Source: Ignavibacteriota bacterium | Lineage (GTDB): Bacteria; Bacteroidota; Ignavibacteria; UBA10030; UBA6906 | Direction of reading: 5' to 3' | Assembly: GCA_003157485.1 (NCBI GenBank) | Contig: PMJQ01000203.1 | Coordinates: 35,415 to 99,414, forward strand | Length of the DNA stretch: 64,000 nucleotides | In this document: in pieces, positions 45,103-56,000 of the stretch | Layout of the letters: each line of letters begins with the position of its first letter | How positions within the stretch are numbered: position 1 is the first letter of the stretch | Made by a program: the position numbers and the translations under genes | Notes under the pieces: model-generated | Database searches by the model: none | Told to the model about the DNA's origin: nothing | The model's input: only the letters and a program-made list of their open reading frames with translations

Positions 45103-45501
45103 ATGAAATACCTCCTCCTCGTCGCGCTTGCAGCATCCCTCTTCATGGGATGCGGCGACAACCTTGACGGACGCTATCCCATCGATACAATGAGGATGAG
45201 GACGGGAGGGACGGGACATGCGGAGCCCGTCAGTGAGACGTTTCCTCTCAACGCCTGGTTTGAAATCGAGTCGGGGAACGCAATACGGATTCACGAAGGG
45301 GGTGTGACCTCCGTCTACCGGAATCCGAAGTTCCTCAGGACAGCGGGAGGATTTGAAGCGATGACGGAGAACCCGCGCGGGGAGGGGGAATCCTCCTGGT
45401 CGTTCGACAAAGGCGAGCCCGGCGGATTCTGCAGCCTGACGTTCACGTATGACCGTGTTCATTTTCTGACGATGCTGTCAAAAGGACGGGAGATTCACTA
45501 A
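45103..45501 (+). CDS. small lipoprotein, hypothetical
   Basis: MKYLLLVALAASLFMGCGD lipobox. Confidence 0.6.
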   Translation: MKYLLLVALAASLFMGCGDNLDGRYPIDTMRMRTGGTGHAEPVSETFPLNAWFEIESGNAIRIHEGGVTSVYRNPKFLRTAGGFEAMTENPRGEGESSWSFDKGEPGGFCSLTFTYDRVHFLTMLSKGREIH

Positions 45502-45834
45502 GAAGCAGACAGACTTCTGATCAACCCTCGTTTCCCATCCTTGCTGCGAAAAAGAGAGTATCGCTCCCCCCGTGTGTCATTGATCCCGGGCCTCCCCTTT
45601 GCCCTCTCAAGCCCTACCGTCCCATCGTCCTCGACGATCCGGCTCCTCTTCGCATGCCACAAACATGCAATGTGCCACTTCACGGTTCAGTCTATAAGCC
45701 TTTGTAAAATAAAAGATTACGGCCGGGATGCCTTCTGCTCATGTCATGATGTGGCACCCCCTTTTGCCGGGCCGGTCCCGGCCTATTCGCCGTTTCCCCT
45801 TGTGCGGTAAACGTTTACAGTATCCGGGAGAATC

Positions 45835-45849
45835 TGGCATTGATTTCGC
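45835..45849 (+). promoter_or_regulatory. candidate sigma54 promoter
   Basis: TGGCATtgattTCGC with GG(45836-45837)-N10-GC(45848-45849), about 50 nt upstream of the ATG at 45900. Confidence 0.45.
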
Positions 45850-45899
45850 TATAAGCTTGTGCGACAGAAAGAAGATCACACAACCAAAGAGGGGGAAAC

Positions 45900-46331
45900 A
45901 TGAAATCACGCACAATCCTGGCAGCCGCCGCACTTGCCGCAGCACTCTCGGTCACGGCGACCGTGAGCGCTCAGCCCGATGAAACGCGCTACGCAAGGTA
46001 CGATTTCCAGAAGCTGATGAAGTCGTTCGATTCGTCTCTTCGCAGCGACGTCCCGGGTATCGTCGAATCGACGATATACAACCTGGTGGAATACAAGAGC
46101 TTCTTCCCGGAACGTGAATACGCCCGGCTTGTCCGGTCTCTTGACGACGTTGCGAGGACAACCTCGGACTCCACGATTGCCTACAAGGCCTCCCTGGCAG
46201 GGATGTATCTCTCGTATGGATCGAGGATCGATGACACGTCGGTGTTCACGCCGTACGACCACGAAACCGCATTCAAGGTTGCGGCCGAACAGCTCGAGAA
46301 GAAATTCCTTCTCTCTCGTGCCTCCGAGTAA
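45900..46331 (+). CDS. small secreted hypothetical protein
   Basis: Signal peptide MKSRTILAAAALAAALSVTATVSAQ. Helical, no recognised domain. Confidence 0.6.
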   Translation: MKSRTILAAAALAAALSVTATVSAQPDETRYARYDFQKLMKSFDSSLRSDVPGIVESTIYNLVEYKSFFPEREYARLVRSLDDVARTTSDSTIAYKASLAGMYLSYGSRIDDTSVFTPYDHETAFKVAAEQLEKKFLLSRASE

Positions 46332-46443
46332 GGTGGGGGGACGATCCCTGAAGGGGTGAGCTTCTTTCTGTGGGCTCTTACCCCTTCGGGTTCTCCCTTT
46401 TTTCGTCGAACCACCTCCTCTCTGTATCCCCGCTGTCCGGCAT

Positions 46444-46472
46444 TTGACAGTCACCTTCCCATCTCTTATTTT
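46444..46472 (+). promoter_or_regulatory. sigma70-type promoter for the FHA-SLT gene
   Basis: TTGACA-N17-TATTTT. Confidence 0.5.
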
Positions 46473-46509
46473 CTCTGCATCGTACGCTCGTTGACATTTC
46501 ATCTTGGGA

Positions 46510-48033
46510 ATGCGTCAGATGACCCCTGCCCCGGAGTCAAAATCCATCGGCTACAAACGCGTCCGTCTCAGGGTCACGAAGGGGAATCTCCTGAGCGGCC
46601 AGGTCACGTTTGACTCGGGGTTCACGCTGGGACGTGCTGACGGAGCCGGCGTTCAGTTTGCCGATGAGAACGTCAGCTCCCGTCACGCTGCTGTGGAGCG
46701 GGACGGGGTCTCCTGGACACTGGAAGATCTCGGAAGCACGAACGGCACCTGGGTCAAAAAGAAACGGATTACGGGGAAGATTCCACTTCCTCTCGGGAAA
46801 GAGGTCCGGCTGGGACTCAAGGGGCCTGCCCTTGTCTTCCAGGCGGACGCGATCGCCGCGGAACTCTCTCCCGGCGGTCCGGAGCCCCGGATCGGGCGGA
46901 CGCAGGTCATCAGAAGGTACTTCGAAGGCGCGGGAGGGGGGAGGGCGGGTGACCGGACGATTCTCATCCGCGAGGCGTTCAGGACCGTCCGCCGCAGGTA
47001 CCGGACCCGGTACTGGGTTGCGCTGGGGGCGGTGACTGCCCTTCTCATCCTCGCTGTTGCCGCGATCGTGCAGTACCGGAGCCGTATCGAACAGTTGCAG
47101 AAGCTTCACGCAACGGCCGCGGAGGTCTTTTACACGACAAAGTCGCTCGAGCTCCACCTGGCGAAACTCCGAGCCGAGATCGAACAGACGAAAGACGAGA
47201 AGTACCGGGAGGAGCTGAGCGAAAAGCAGAAGGAACAGGAGGAGCTGAAGGCGAAGTACGTCGACTTCCTCGACGAGCTCGGCATTTCACGGGAAAAACT
47301 CTCCCCCGAGGACTGGCTGATCTACAGGGTGGCGCGCGTCTTCGGGGAATGCGATGTCAGCATGCCCGCCGAATTCATCGCAAAGGTGAAGGAGTACATC
47401 AGTCTCTGGCAGAGGGGGCACCGGCTTGCCAGAGCAGTGGAACGTTCGCGGCGCGGGAACCTCGCGCCGCTGATCTCCGGCACGCTCCTTTCACACGACC
47501 TCCCGCCGCAGTTCTTTTACGTCGCCGTCCAGGAGAGCGGGCTCGACACGCTTGAATGCGGCCCCGAGACGCGTTCCGGCATCGCCAAGGGGATGTGGCA
47601 GTTCATTCCTATGACCGCGTGGAAGTACGGACTCCAGACTGGTCCGCTCATCGATCTGAAGAGAGCCGATCCCCACGATGAGAGGCACAATCTGAGGAAG
47701 TCAACGGAAGCGGCGGCCGAGTACCTGAGGGACCTGTACGACAACCAGGCGCAGGCCTCGGGTCTCCTCGTCATGGCATGCTACAACTGGAATGAGAACA
47801 GAATACGGGAGATGCTGAGCACGATGCCTGAGAATCCTCGTCAGAGGAATTTCTGGAACCTCCTCGCGAGGCATACGCTGCCGGACGAGACATACAACTA
47901 CGTCTTTTACATCGTCTCCGCCGCGGTCATTGGTGAAAATCCCCGGCTTTTCGGTTTCGATTTTGATAACCCGCTTGGCACCGCTTCCCCCGACTCGACG
48001 AGCCCCCGGGCCGCGGACGTCGTTCATCCATAG
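46510..48033 (+). CDS. FHA domain - TM - coiled coil - SLT lytic transglycosylase fusion protein
   Basis: FHA (FTLGRADGAGVQFADENVSSRHAAV...LGSTNGTWV), TM YWVALGAVTALLILAVAAIVQY, KE-rich coiled coil, SLT (AVQESGLD, GIAKGMWQFIPMTA, MACYNWNE). Confidence 0.8.
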   Translation: MRQMTPAPESKSIGYKRVRLRVTKGNLLSGQVTFDSGFTLGRADGAGVQFADENVSSRHAAVERDGVSWTLEDLGSTNGTWVKKKRITGKIPLPLGKEVRLGLKGPALVFQADAIAAELSPGGPEPRIGRTQVIRRYFEGAGGGRAGDRTILIREAFRTVRRRYRTRYWVALGAVTALLILAVAAIVQYRSRIEQLQKLHATAAEVFYTTKSLELHLAKLRAEIEQTKDEKYREELSEKQKEQEELKAKYVDFLDELGISREKLSPEDWLIYRVARVFGECDVSMPAEFIAKVKEYISLWQRGHRLARAVERSRRGNLAPLISGTLLSHDLPPQFFYVAVQESGLDTLECGPETRSGIAKGMWQFIPMTAWKYGLQTGPLIDLKRADPHDERHNLRKSTEAAAEYLRDLYDNQAQASGLLVMACYNWNENRIREMLSTMPENPRQRNFWNLLARHTLPDETYNYVFYIVSAAVIGENPRLFGFDFDNPLGTASPDSTSPRAADVVHP

Positions 48034-48041
48034 GAAGCGCG

Positions 48042-48078
48042 CGGTCCCGGCCGGCTCCGCCGACGCACACCGGGACCG
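48042..48078 (+). terminator. hairpin after the FHA-SLT gene
   Basis: CGGTCCCGG...CCGGGACCG, a 9-bp stem with a weak U tail. Confidence 0.4.
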
Positions 48079-48205
48079 TGAGTGTGATTCCCTTTCCGGT
48101 GGTTTGACGAAGTGGAATTCAAGTAAAATGACAGAAAAAAAGCGTGATTCTCCTCTGCCGCCCGGCAGGGGTATCTGTTCCCAGGCCGGAAATCCCGTAC
48201 TCCGC

Positions 48206-48274
48206 CTCGTTGCCTCAGTTAAGTTTCTCTTCGTGCTCCATGCCGTTGACATGTCCGCAGGTTTGGCGTAGATT
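48206..48274 (+). promoter_or_regulatory. promoter with a conserved 28-nt upstream motif (C motif copy 1)
   Basis: CTCGTTGCCTCAGTTAAGTTTCTCTTCG (48206-48233), 12 nt, TTGACA(48246-48251)-N17-TAGATT(48269-48274). Confidence 0.6.
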
Positions 48275-48433
48275 ACGCTTAGCATTATGAGGTCGAATGC
48301 GGAGGAGCTGCTCCCCGCACTTTGAGACCTGGAAGCGCACCGGATTGAACCCCCTCTCTGCACTCCCTCCTCTTCCGCACTCGATCCATCCGCACCGCGA
48401 CCGGCTTCGAACCCAAATTATCGGGGGGATGCT

Positions 48434-50965
48434 ATGAATGCTCCGCGTCTTTCCTTCTCTTTCGCGCTTCTGATCGCACTGCTCTCCGAATGCGCATTCG
48501 CGCAGAACAATCTGCCTTTCGACCTCCAGGCATATGAGGCTTTTCTGGCAGGCCACAGGGACATGAGTTCGACGCAATTGCTGGCGCTGCACCCCTCCGG
48601 GGCATTCGTCGCGAAATCGCAGGTCGCGCCTGAAGCAATCAATGGTCTCCGGACCATCGACTCCAGCTTTTCGTTCACCCCCTTTGAACGGTCGCTCGTC
48701 GCGGACCACGGATTCATGGTGTCCGATCGCATCCGGTATAATTCGGTCGGAGACGCGGTCCTCGACATCTACCACCGCGACCTTCCCATCTTTGTTTCCT
48801 CCGACGCGATCCTTCACGCCGTTCATGCCTCGTACGATGCGATTCTCCGGGGGGCTGAAACAGGCCTCCTCGCGCCGAACCTTGATACGCTTCTGTCAGG
48901 ACTCAGGGCGCAATTGCCTGCCATGAACGTGGAATACGCCGCCGTTCCGGCCATGGCGCCAATGCTGCATGACATCGACATCTACCTCACGGTCGCATGC
49001 GCGCTGCTGGATGGTTCCGCGGCGCCGTATTTCCCCGAGGACGCGGCGGATGTGAGTACGCTGGAGAACCTTATTGCCGCTCAGCAGGCCGTGTCGTATC
49101 CCCTCTTTTCGTCGACCCCCCGGATTATCGATTTCAGCCAGTTCACGATCCGCGGCCACTACACCCTGTCAGTGAAGCTGGGCCAATACTTCCAGTCGAT
49201 GATGTGGCTCGGGAGGACGGAGCTTTACCTCCTGGGTCCGGCGGGCGTGTATCCGGCTCAGCAGCCCGCGGACATACAGCGGCAAACGGTCGACGCCGCC
49301 CTCCTTGTGGAGGCGATGGACCGCGCAGCCGCGTATTCCCGCCTGGGGGAGATTGATACGATAATATCCGCGTGCGTCGGGGAGTCGGACAACGTCACGA
49401 TTCCAAACATGAAATCCCTCCTGCAGGGTGTCAATATCGGAACTGCGAGTCAACTTCTCGATACGACCGTGCTCGCGGCGTTTCAGAACAACCTCAGGAA
49501 TCAGCCGTTCGCGTTCCAGCGGATCAATTCGCAGATTCTGCAAAGCTCCGATCCACTGACCCCCGGTCTGATACAGCCGGCCGCTTCCCTCCTGCTTCTG
49601 GGCCAGCGGTTCGTCGTCGACTCGTATGTCACCGGCAATGTCGTGTACGACAAGATAAACTATCAGGGGCACGCCGTGTGGAGGGCCCTCCCCTCGACGC
49701 TGGATGTGTTGTTCGCGCTTGGCAACGACGCCGCCGCCCAGTTGCTGGTCTCGGAGCTTGACAGGTACAACTACGCCTCGAACCTTGCCGCGGTCAGGTA
49801 CCTCATAGACGGGTACGATGCTTCATTCTGGCAGAGTTCGATTTTCAACGCGTGGCTCGGCATGATACGCGCATGCAACCCGCCGGCCGATCGATCCGCA
49901 CTCCCCGGGTTCATGACGACGGCTGCCTGGTGGCAGGAGAAGATGAACACGCAGCTTGCGTCGTGGGCGGAGCTCCGCCATGATAATCTCCTCTATGCGA
50001 AGCAGTCCTACACCGGCGTCGCAGGGTGTTCGTTCCCCGCGGGGTACGTCGAACCGATCCCGGCGCTCTATGACGCCGTGCGTGCTTTGGCGCAGGTCGG
50101 CAAAACCCGTCTCGTTCCGCTCCTGTCCGGCACCGGGGGGAATTGGTCGCTGGCATCGTATTTCTCTGGGCTTGACGGCGTCGCCGATACGCTTGGCACG
50201 ATCGCGCGTGAGGAGCTCGGCGGTACCTGTTTGACGACGGACCAGGTTGCGTTCCTGAAGCATATGATCTATATGGCAGACGGTGGCTGCATGCAGGCCC
50301 CCAACGGCTGGTACGTCAGGCTTTTCTACTTCGGGGCGGACCCTCTGAAAAAGGACTATCTCGTTGCCGACGTTCACACGTGCCCGGCCGACGCGTTCGG
50401 GAACCCTGTTGGCTGGGTCCTGCATGTCGGCACGGGTCCCGTCAATCTTGCGGTCGTGACGGCGCCATCCACCGATGGCGGACCGGCGGCATACGTCGGG
50501 CCCGTGATGAGCTACGGAGAACACGTGACGGACAACTTTCTCCGCTTGACGGACGCTCAGTGGAGCACGTCGTACGCGCTCTATGGGTCGTCCCGCCCTT
50601 CGTTAGTGAACCTGTATCTTGCCGACAGCATCGGCGGCTCGAGGGGAGCAGGGGCATCGCTCACCACAGGAATATCGGTAATAGACCCGGTTTCTCTCCC
50701 GCAGGAGACCGTCTTGTACCAGAATTATCCCAATCCGTTCAATCCCGCGACGCTCATCAAGTACGTCCTCCCCGGCCGCTCTGACGTCACGCTGACCGTC
50801 TATAATACGCTCGGTCAGCGGGTCGCCGTACTCGTCCATGAGACTCAGGAACGGGGATATCATCAGGCGTCGTTCGACGGGGGAGGCCTCTCGAGCGGTG
50901 TCTATTTCTACCGGCTCCAGGCAGGGAGCTCCGTCACGACGAAGCGCATGATTCTTTTGAAGTGA
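48434..50965 (+). CDS. large secreted protein (DUF3160-like) with T9SS CTD
   Basis: Signal peptide. FTIRGHYT...YFQSMMWLGR resembles what I recall of DUF3160. C-terminal YQNYPNPFNPATLIKYVLP...GVYFYRLQAGSSVTTKRMILLK. Confidence 0.65.
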   Translation: MNAPRLSFSFALLIALLSECAFAQNNLPFDLQAYEAFLAGHRDMSSTQLLALHPSGAFVAKSQVAPEAINGLRTIDSSFSFTPFERSLVADHGFMVSDRIRYNSVGDAVLDIYHRDLPIFVSSDAILHAVHASYDAILRGAETGLLAPNLDTLLSGLRAQLPAMNVEYAAVPAMAPMLHDIDIYLTVACALLDGSAAPYFPEDAADVSTLENLIAAQQAVSYPLFSSTPRIIDFSQFTIRGHYTLSVKLGQYFQSMMWLGRTELYLLGPAGVYPAQQPADIQRQTVDAALLVEAMDRAAAYSRLGEIDTIISACVGESDNVTIPNMKSLLQGVNIGTASQLLDTTVLAAFQNNLRNQPFAFQRINSQILQSSDPLTPGLIQPAASLLLLGQRFVVDSYVTGNVVYDKINYQGHAVWRALPSTLDVLFALGNDAAAQLLVSELDRYNYASNLAAVRYLIDGYDASFWQSSIFNAWLGMIRACNPPADRSALPGFMTTAAWWQEKMNTQLASWAELRHDNLLYAKQSYTGVAGCSFPAGYVEPIPALYDAVRALAQVGKTRLVPLLSGTGGNWSLASYFSGLDGVADTLGTIAREELGGTCLTTDQVAFLKHMIYMADGGCMQAPNGWYVRLFYFGADPLKKDYLVADVHTCPADAFGNPVGWVLHVGTGPVNLAVVTAPSTDGGPAAYVGPVMSYGEHVTDNFLRLTDAQWSTSYALYGSSRPSLVNLYLADSIGGSRGAGASLTTGISVIDPVSLPQETVLYQNYPNPFNPATLIKYVLPGRSDVTLTVYNTLGQRVAVLVHETQERGYHQASFDGGGLSSGVYFYRLQAGSSVTTKRMILLK

Positions 50966-51285
50966 CCGTCTTTTGTGAGCGTTGTTTGCTCACCCCGCGG
51001 GCGTTTTGCGCCGCGAAGGTCATCCCGTTCCCTGCAATCATCGCAATCGCCCTTGTTTCCATCGTGTCATCTGGTTGAGGTTTCGTCTGAGTCATGACCG
51101 GTTCTGGACCCGGTCAGTGGATGTTTGTCACCGACCCCCGCCCGCCTGTGTATCTGAGCAACCTGAAGTAAGAACACATGGAGGCCGGAAGGCTTCCACA
51201 CCACCGGCCCGGACAGCGCGGCGGCATCAATGTAGCCAGTGACTGCTTCGGACCAACCCACAATCATACCCAGGAGAGGTAAGAT

Positions 51286-52749
51286 ATGAACAAGCGCATA
51301 TCGATAGCTATGGTATTCCTGGTCGCACTGGCAATGTACGGATATTCAAATCCGGGTGATGACGGGAAAGTTCCGGTGACGACAAAATCCGAGGAGGCGA
51401 AAAGAGATTTTCTTCTCGGGCGGAGTCAGCTGGACCATAATGATGTCCATGAAGCGCGCGCAAACTTTGACAAGGCAATCGCCGCGGATACCGGGTTCGC
51501 GCTGGCGTACTTATACCGTTCGACGTGTGCAGCGACAATTACCGAAATGGAACGGTTTGCTGCAAAAGCAGGGCTTCATGCTGAACAAGTGTCCGAGGGT
51601 GAACGCCTTATCATACGCGCCACCGAAGCTCAGTTAACGGGTGATCAAGGAAAGGCGAAAGAACTGTATGACAAATTGCTGGCAGCGTATCCCCGGGACG
51701 AACGCGTCCATGAGTATTTGGCAGTTTTCTGCGCGAACCAGCTGGATCATGCGGGCGCCGTCGAACACTTCAAAGCCGCGGGTGTGCTCAACCCGGATTA
51801 CGCGCCGGTGTACAACTCCCTGGGCTATGAGTACCGTTCGCTGGGAAAGTACCCGGAGGCCGAACAGGCGTTCAAGAAGTATGTCGCTCTGGTGCCGGGC
51901 GACGCCAATCCGTACGACTCATATGCAGAGCTCCTGATGAAAGAAGGGAAATTCGATCAATCGATTGAGAATTACAATCTGGCGCTGTCGAAGGATCCGA
52001 ATTTCTTCTCGTCGAAACTGGGTATCGCATTTGACCACCTGTACATGGGGAAGGCGGATCAAGCGGCGGGCGAACTCCGTGCGATGATTGCATCCGCCCG
52101 GGATGAATCTGAACGGAGACAGGCGCGTTCGGGTCTGGTCATCCTGTATATTGACGGCGGCAATACCGTGATGGCACTTCAGCTCATTGACAGCGGGGTG
52201 GCGGAATCGAAGAAGCGTAACGAGCTCCGAGACGAGGTCCAGCAGCTCGACATGAAAGGATCTGTGCTGGAGGAGGCCGGCAGATATGCTGAAGCGAAGG
52301 AGATGTACGACCGGGAAATGGCGATGATCGCCTCGTCCAGTCTCTCTCCGGAGATCAAGGAGCAGTATGACGACGGGAAGGAAAACAGCGCAGCCATCTT
52401 CGCGCTGGAGACAAATGATCTGACCGGTGCGAGATCTCACGCCGCCGCGTACGAAAAACTGGTCACGAACAAACCGGATGCCTGGCGTCTCAGGAGCCTG
52501 CACCAGCTCTATGGGAGAATTGCGTTGGAGGCAAAGGAGTACGAAAAGGCGATCGAGGAGCTTCAGAAATCAAATCTGGAAAATGCGTACAACCTGTACC
52601 GGATTGCCCTGGCGTACAGGGGGAAGGGGGACACTGCAAAAGCAAAGGAATATTGTGCCAGGGCAGCTCATTTCTACTCATTGCCGGACCTTGGATACTC
52701 CCTCATTCGACTGAAGGCGGAAAAACTTCTCTCCATGATGAACGGCTAG
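51286..52749 (+). CDS. TPR-repeat protein, secreted or periplasmic
   Basis: Signal peptide MNKRISIAMVFLVALAMYGYS. Multiple 34-aa TPR-like repeats (ALAYLYRS, NSLGYEYRSLGKYPEAEQAFKKYVAL, etc.). Confidence 0.75.
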   Translation: MNKRISIAMVFLVALAMYGYSNPGDDGKVPVTTKSEEAKRDFLLGRSQLDHNDVHEARANFDKAIAADTGFALAYLYRSTCAATITEMERFAAKAGLHAEQVSEGERLIIRATEAQLTGDQGKAKELYDKLLAAYPRDERVHEYLAVFCANQLDHAGAVEHFKAAGVLNPDYAPVYNSLGYEYRSLGKYPEAEQAFKKYVALVPGDANPYDSYAELLMKEGKFDQSIENYNLALSKDPNFFSSKLGIAFDHLYMGKADQAAGELRAMIASARDESERRQARSGLVILYIDGGNTVMALQLIDSGVAESKKRNELRDEVQQLDMKGSVLEEAGRYAEAKEMYDREMAMIASSSLSPEIKEQYDDGKENSAAIFALETNDLTGARSHAAAYEKLVTNKPDAWRLRSLHQLYGRIALEAKEYEKAIEELQKSNLENAYNLYRIALAYRGKGDTAKAKEYCARAAHFYSLPDLGYSLIRLKAEKLLSMMNG

Positions 52750-52829
52750 CAGCACTTCGAATAACCGGCCCGGCTGGCAATTTGCGCCGGCCTGAAACTT
52801 CACCGGAGGGTGAAGTAGTGTGTTCTGGT

Positions 52830-52863
52830 AACACCGGAGGGCAAATGCCCTCCGGTGTTTTTG
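52830..52863 (+). terminator. strong Rho-independent terminator
   Basis: AACACCGGAGGGC-aaat-GCCCTCCGGTGTT followed by TTTTG. Preceded by a second hairpin, CTTCACC-ggag-GGTGAAG. Confidence 0.75.
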
Positions 52864-53028
52864 AACCCGCAATAACCCTCCCGGACACCGCGGCCTGGTG
52901 GAGACACCCATCGCACCCGGTTTGGTCGATTGGAGTGAGTCCCTTATTTTATCATTACATCTTTCACCGGGGCAAATCGAATGGGTACGGGTCATACAGT
53001 CTTCTTTTCTAGCCCGGGGGACGGAGAA

Positions 53029-56000
53029 TCACCTCCTCTCCATGAGAAGACTCACAGGTCCGAGGAGCCCGGAAGGAAGGAGGGGCGAGTCCTTCGAGTA
53101 ATGACGCCAGGTGGCAAACGTGTGCCGTCCCGCGGGGAGCGTGGGGTTTTTCTGGAGAATCCAGTCGGGCCATCGGACGAGGTTCCCGTTTTTCCCGTAC
53201 TCTCCTGCCGGCGGGAGCTTTTCGTCGCCGATCAGCCGGTTGGGCCAGAGATTGGCGATCTTGACCTCAAGTTCATTCCCTTTCTCTTTCAGCGCTCCTG
53301 TGACGTCGACGTTCCATGGAGAACACCAGACGACACCGGCGTCTTTGCCGTTGAGCGTGACGCGGGCGATATTCTTCACGCGTCCGAGGTCGATCCTCAC
53401 GGCCCCGCGCGAACCCTTCCCCTTTTCCGCACCCCCTGAGACGGCCGCAGGGAGGTCAAACGCGATCTTGTACACGGCGGTCCCGGAATAGTATCTGATT
53501 CCTTCCTCCGGCCTTTGCGTCCAATCTTCCAGACGGTCGAACATCGCGCTCTCAGGTCCGCCCCGGCGCGGGTCAAATGAGACCCTCCACGGTCCGGCGG
53601 GAATTGCCACCGTGTCCCATGAAGGGAAGTTTCGCGTTCCCATGCCTGTCCGGTCGATCTCTCCGGTGAAGACGACAAAGTACGACTGGTAAGGCTCAAA
53701 CTGCAGCCTCACGTTTGTTCGGCCGTCCGCGCTCCTGAGTTCGGGGAGAGTACGGATCGTTCCCTCGACCGGGTCCCACAGTTCGGGCTGCTTCCCTTCG
53801 ATGCGGAATGTGCACTCGGTGTTGACTCCCTCGGGTGTGGGGTTTGAAACGAAATAGATCTCCGTCCTGGCGGCTCGCCTGTGCGTGTACCGGAGAGGCG
53901 CCGCAGACTCAAAATCCTGCGGCTCACCTGATTTTGCCAGGACGTCCATGACCTCGGAGAACTCTCCGTATTGTTCCGGTTCCTTTGCGCCGGTCCCGCT
54001 CAGAAGCGAGTCCGTCTCTTTCCACGAGTTCCTGTGCCAGATTATGCGCCCTTTTCCGAATGCGCGCTCTGTCATGCTCGTTCCGTCGCATTCGCCCCAG
54101 GTTTCTCCCGCAATGCGCTTCACCTCCGTGTCGCACCCGGGGTATCCCGAGAGTCCCGGTGACTTGAGTGGGCGGGGCCCGATCACCGTGGCGCCGTCCC
54201 TTACGAGCTGACTCACTTTTCCGAGGAGTGCCGGCGTCATCGTCTCCTGTTCCGGCAGGACGAGAACCCTGTAGCTCATCCCGTCCGGAAGCGTCAGCCG
54301 CCCGTCCTTGACTGACATGTGCGCTATCAAAACCTCGGGCGCGCAGCCGTCGAAATTGTATCCTCTCCTCTCCGGCGGATTTCCGCGGAGGGCCGACGAC
54401 GGCGGCTTAAAGACATGCGGCGATCCTTCCTCCACAAGATAGCAGACGTCCGCGACCGGGAGTCCCCGTCTCAGCATGAACTGGCAGCGTGAGAGATACC
54501 TGTGGTACGCGGGGACCATGCCCCACCATGTCTGCGTCCTCTCCCAGTGGACGCCGTACGGTCCCATTGTCATGCCGGGTTGTATGTCGGTCCACGGCTG
54601 GTGCTGGTACCTGTGGAAGACGAACCTGTTCACCCCCGCGCTGAATGCCCAGTCGCCGAGCGCTTTCATTGAGCCCGGATACGCCTGCCACTTCTCTTCG
54701 TCGCCTGAGGTGAATGCTTCGGCTGCGATTTCCTCCTTCCCGCAGGTATGCCCGATGGATGTCGCCTCGAACACGCTGAAGCTCGTGTTGAAACCGTACA
54801 GCCAGAACTCGCACATGGGAACGTCCGCCAGGGATCCGAGGCTCATGTCCGAGCACGGCGTCATGTCGTAAGGCTCGATGGAAAGTCCGAACCCGTCACG
54901 GCGCCCGAGCTCCTTCAGCCGTCCGGCGTGGTTTTCAAGGAGAAGTTCCTGAGCGGTCTCCCTGAGATCCCAGAGGAACCTCTCGGAGATCTCGCGGCTC
55001 TCCACGACGCGCCCGGTGAGTACGGGGAGATAGGGAAGGAGATCGTATCCCCTCCGCCTGCGGAATTCTTCACGAAACGCACCCGTCCAGTTCTGCGAGC
55101 CCATCTCCCAGCTGTCGATATGGAGCATCGTCCAGCCGCCTTCTCCGGTGCCCTTCCTCCGTCCCGTGTCCCGGAGGAGCGTTCCGATGAATGCGTCGTA
55201 GTGCGCGTCAAGTGCGGCGCTGTCAAGCTTGTCGCATTCGAGACCCAGTCCCGGGACGGGAGCAGGGCGCGTATTCGCGCCGGTGCTTGTCTTTCCGAAC
55301 CGCACGATTGTCCACTTCCCGTCCGGCACGTCCCAGGCAAATCTCCCTTCGGGAGAAAGATGTCCGGTCAGGTCCATCACTTGCGCCGGGCGGATTGCCG
55401 TCCCCGGGCGCGATTCAGGATACGACGAAAGGGAGGGGAGGAACGATCGTACCCCGCGCTGCGAGGAATACGGCGCCCGGACGTACAACGCCTTCTCATC
55501 GATGTCGGGGATCGAGTCCTTTCCTTCAGGTGTCGGGAATGCGACAACCGCCACGTCGCGGTAGAACTCATCCTTCGCCTTTTCCATCGCTGGGGGGAGG
55601 TGTCCCTCGCCGAAAAATGACGGACGGCGTTCCGGCCGGGGAAGAGCGCCTTCGAAGTGGAGAGGCCCGGTGACCGTGGTGGAAGATCCCACGATATACT
55701 GCATGGATTCCTCCGGCTTCACCCACGGTCCGCCGCTTCCTGTCCACCCGGGGCCGGACATCAGCGTCACCTGGATGCCGCTCCGCTCCGCCTCTTCAAC
55801 GACGTGTTTAAAGAGTTGTCTCCAGGCGGGACTCATGAATTTCACAGGTCCGGCAGGGACCCCCACGTCCACCTCCATGATCATGACTCCGCCAATGCCG
55901 GCCGTCTTCATCGCCTCGATGTCCGCCGTAATCCCCTCGCGGTTCAGGTTCCCGTCCGTCCAGACCCAGTAGACCCAGGGACGGACGGAATCGGGAGGCG

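Noticed and set aside
48403-48414. tRNA-like T-arm sequence GGCTTCGAACCC, and similar GTTCGAA strings at about 160 and 39851
   Set aside because: No acceptor stem, D-arm or anticodon stem can be drawn around them. One lies inside a CDS and another is part of an RBS/start region.
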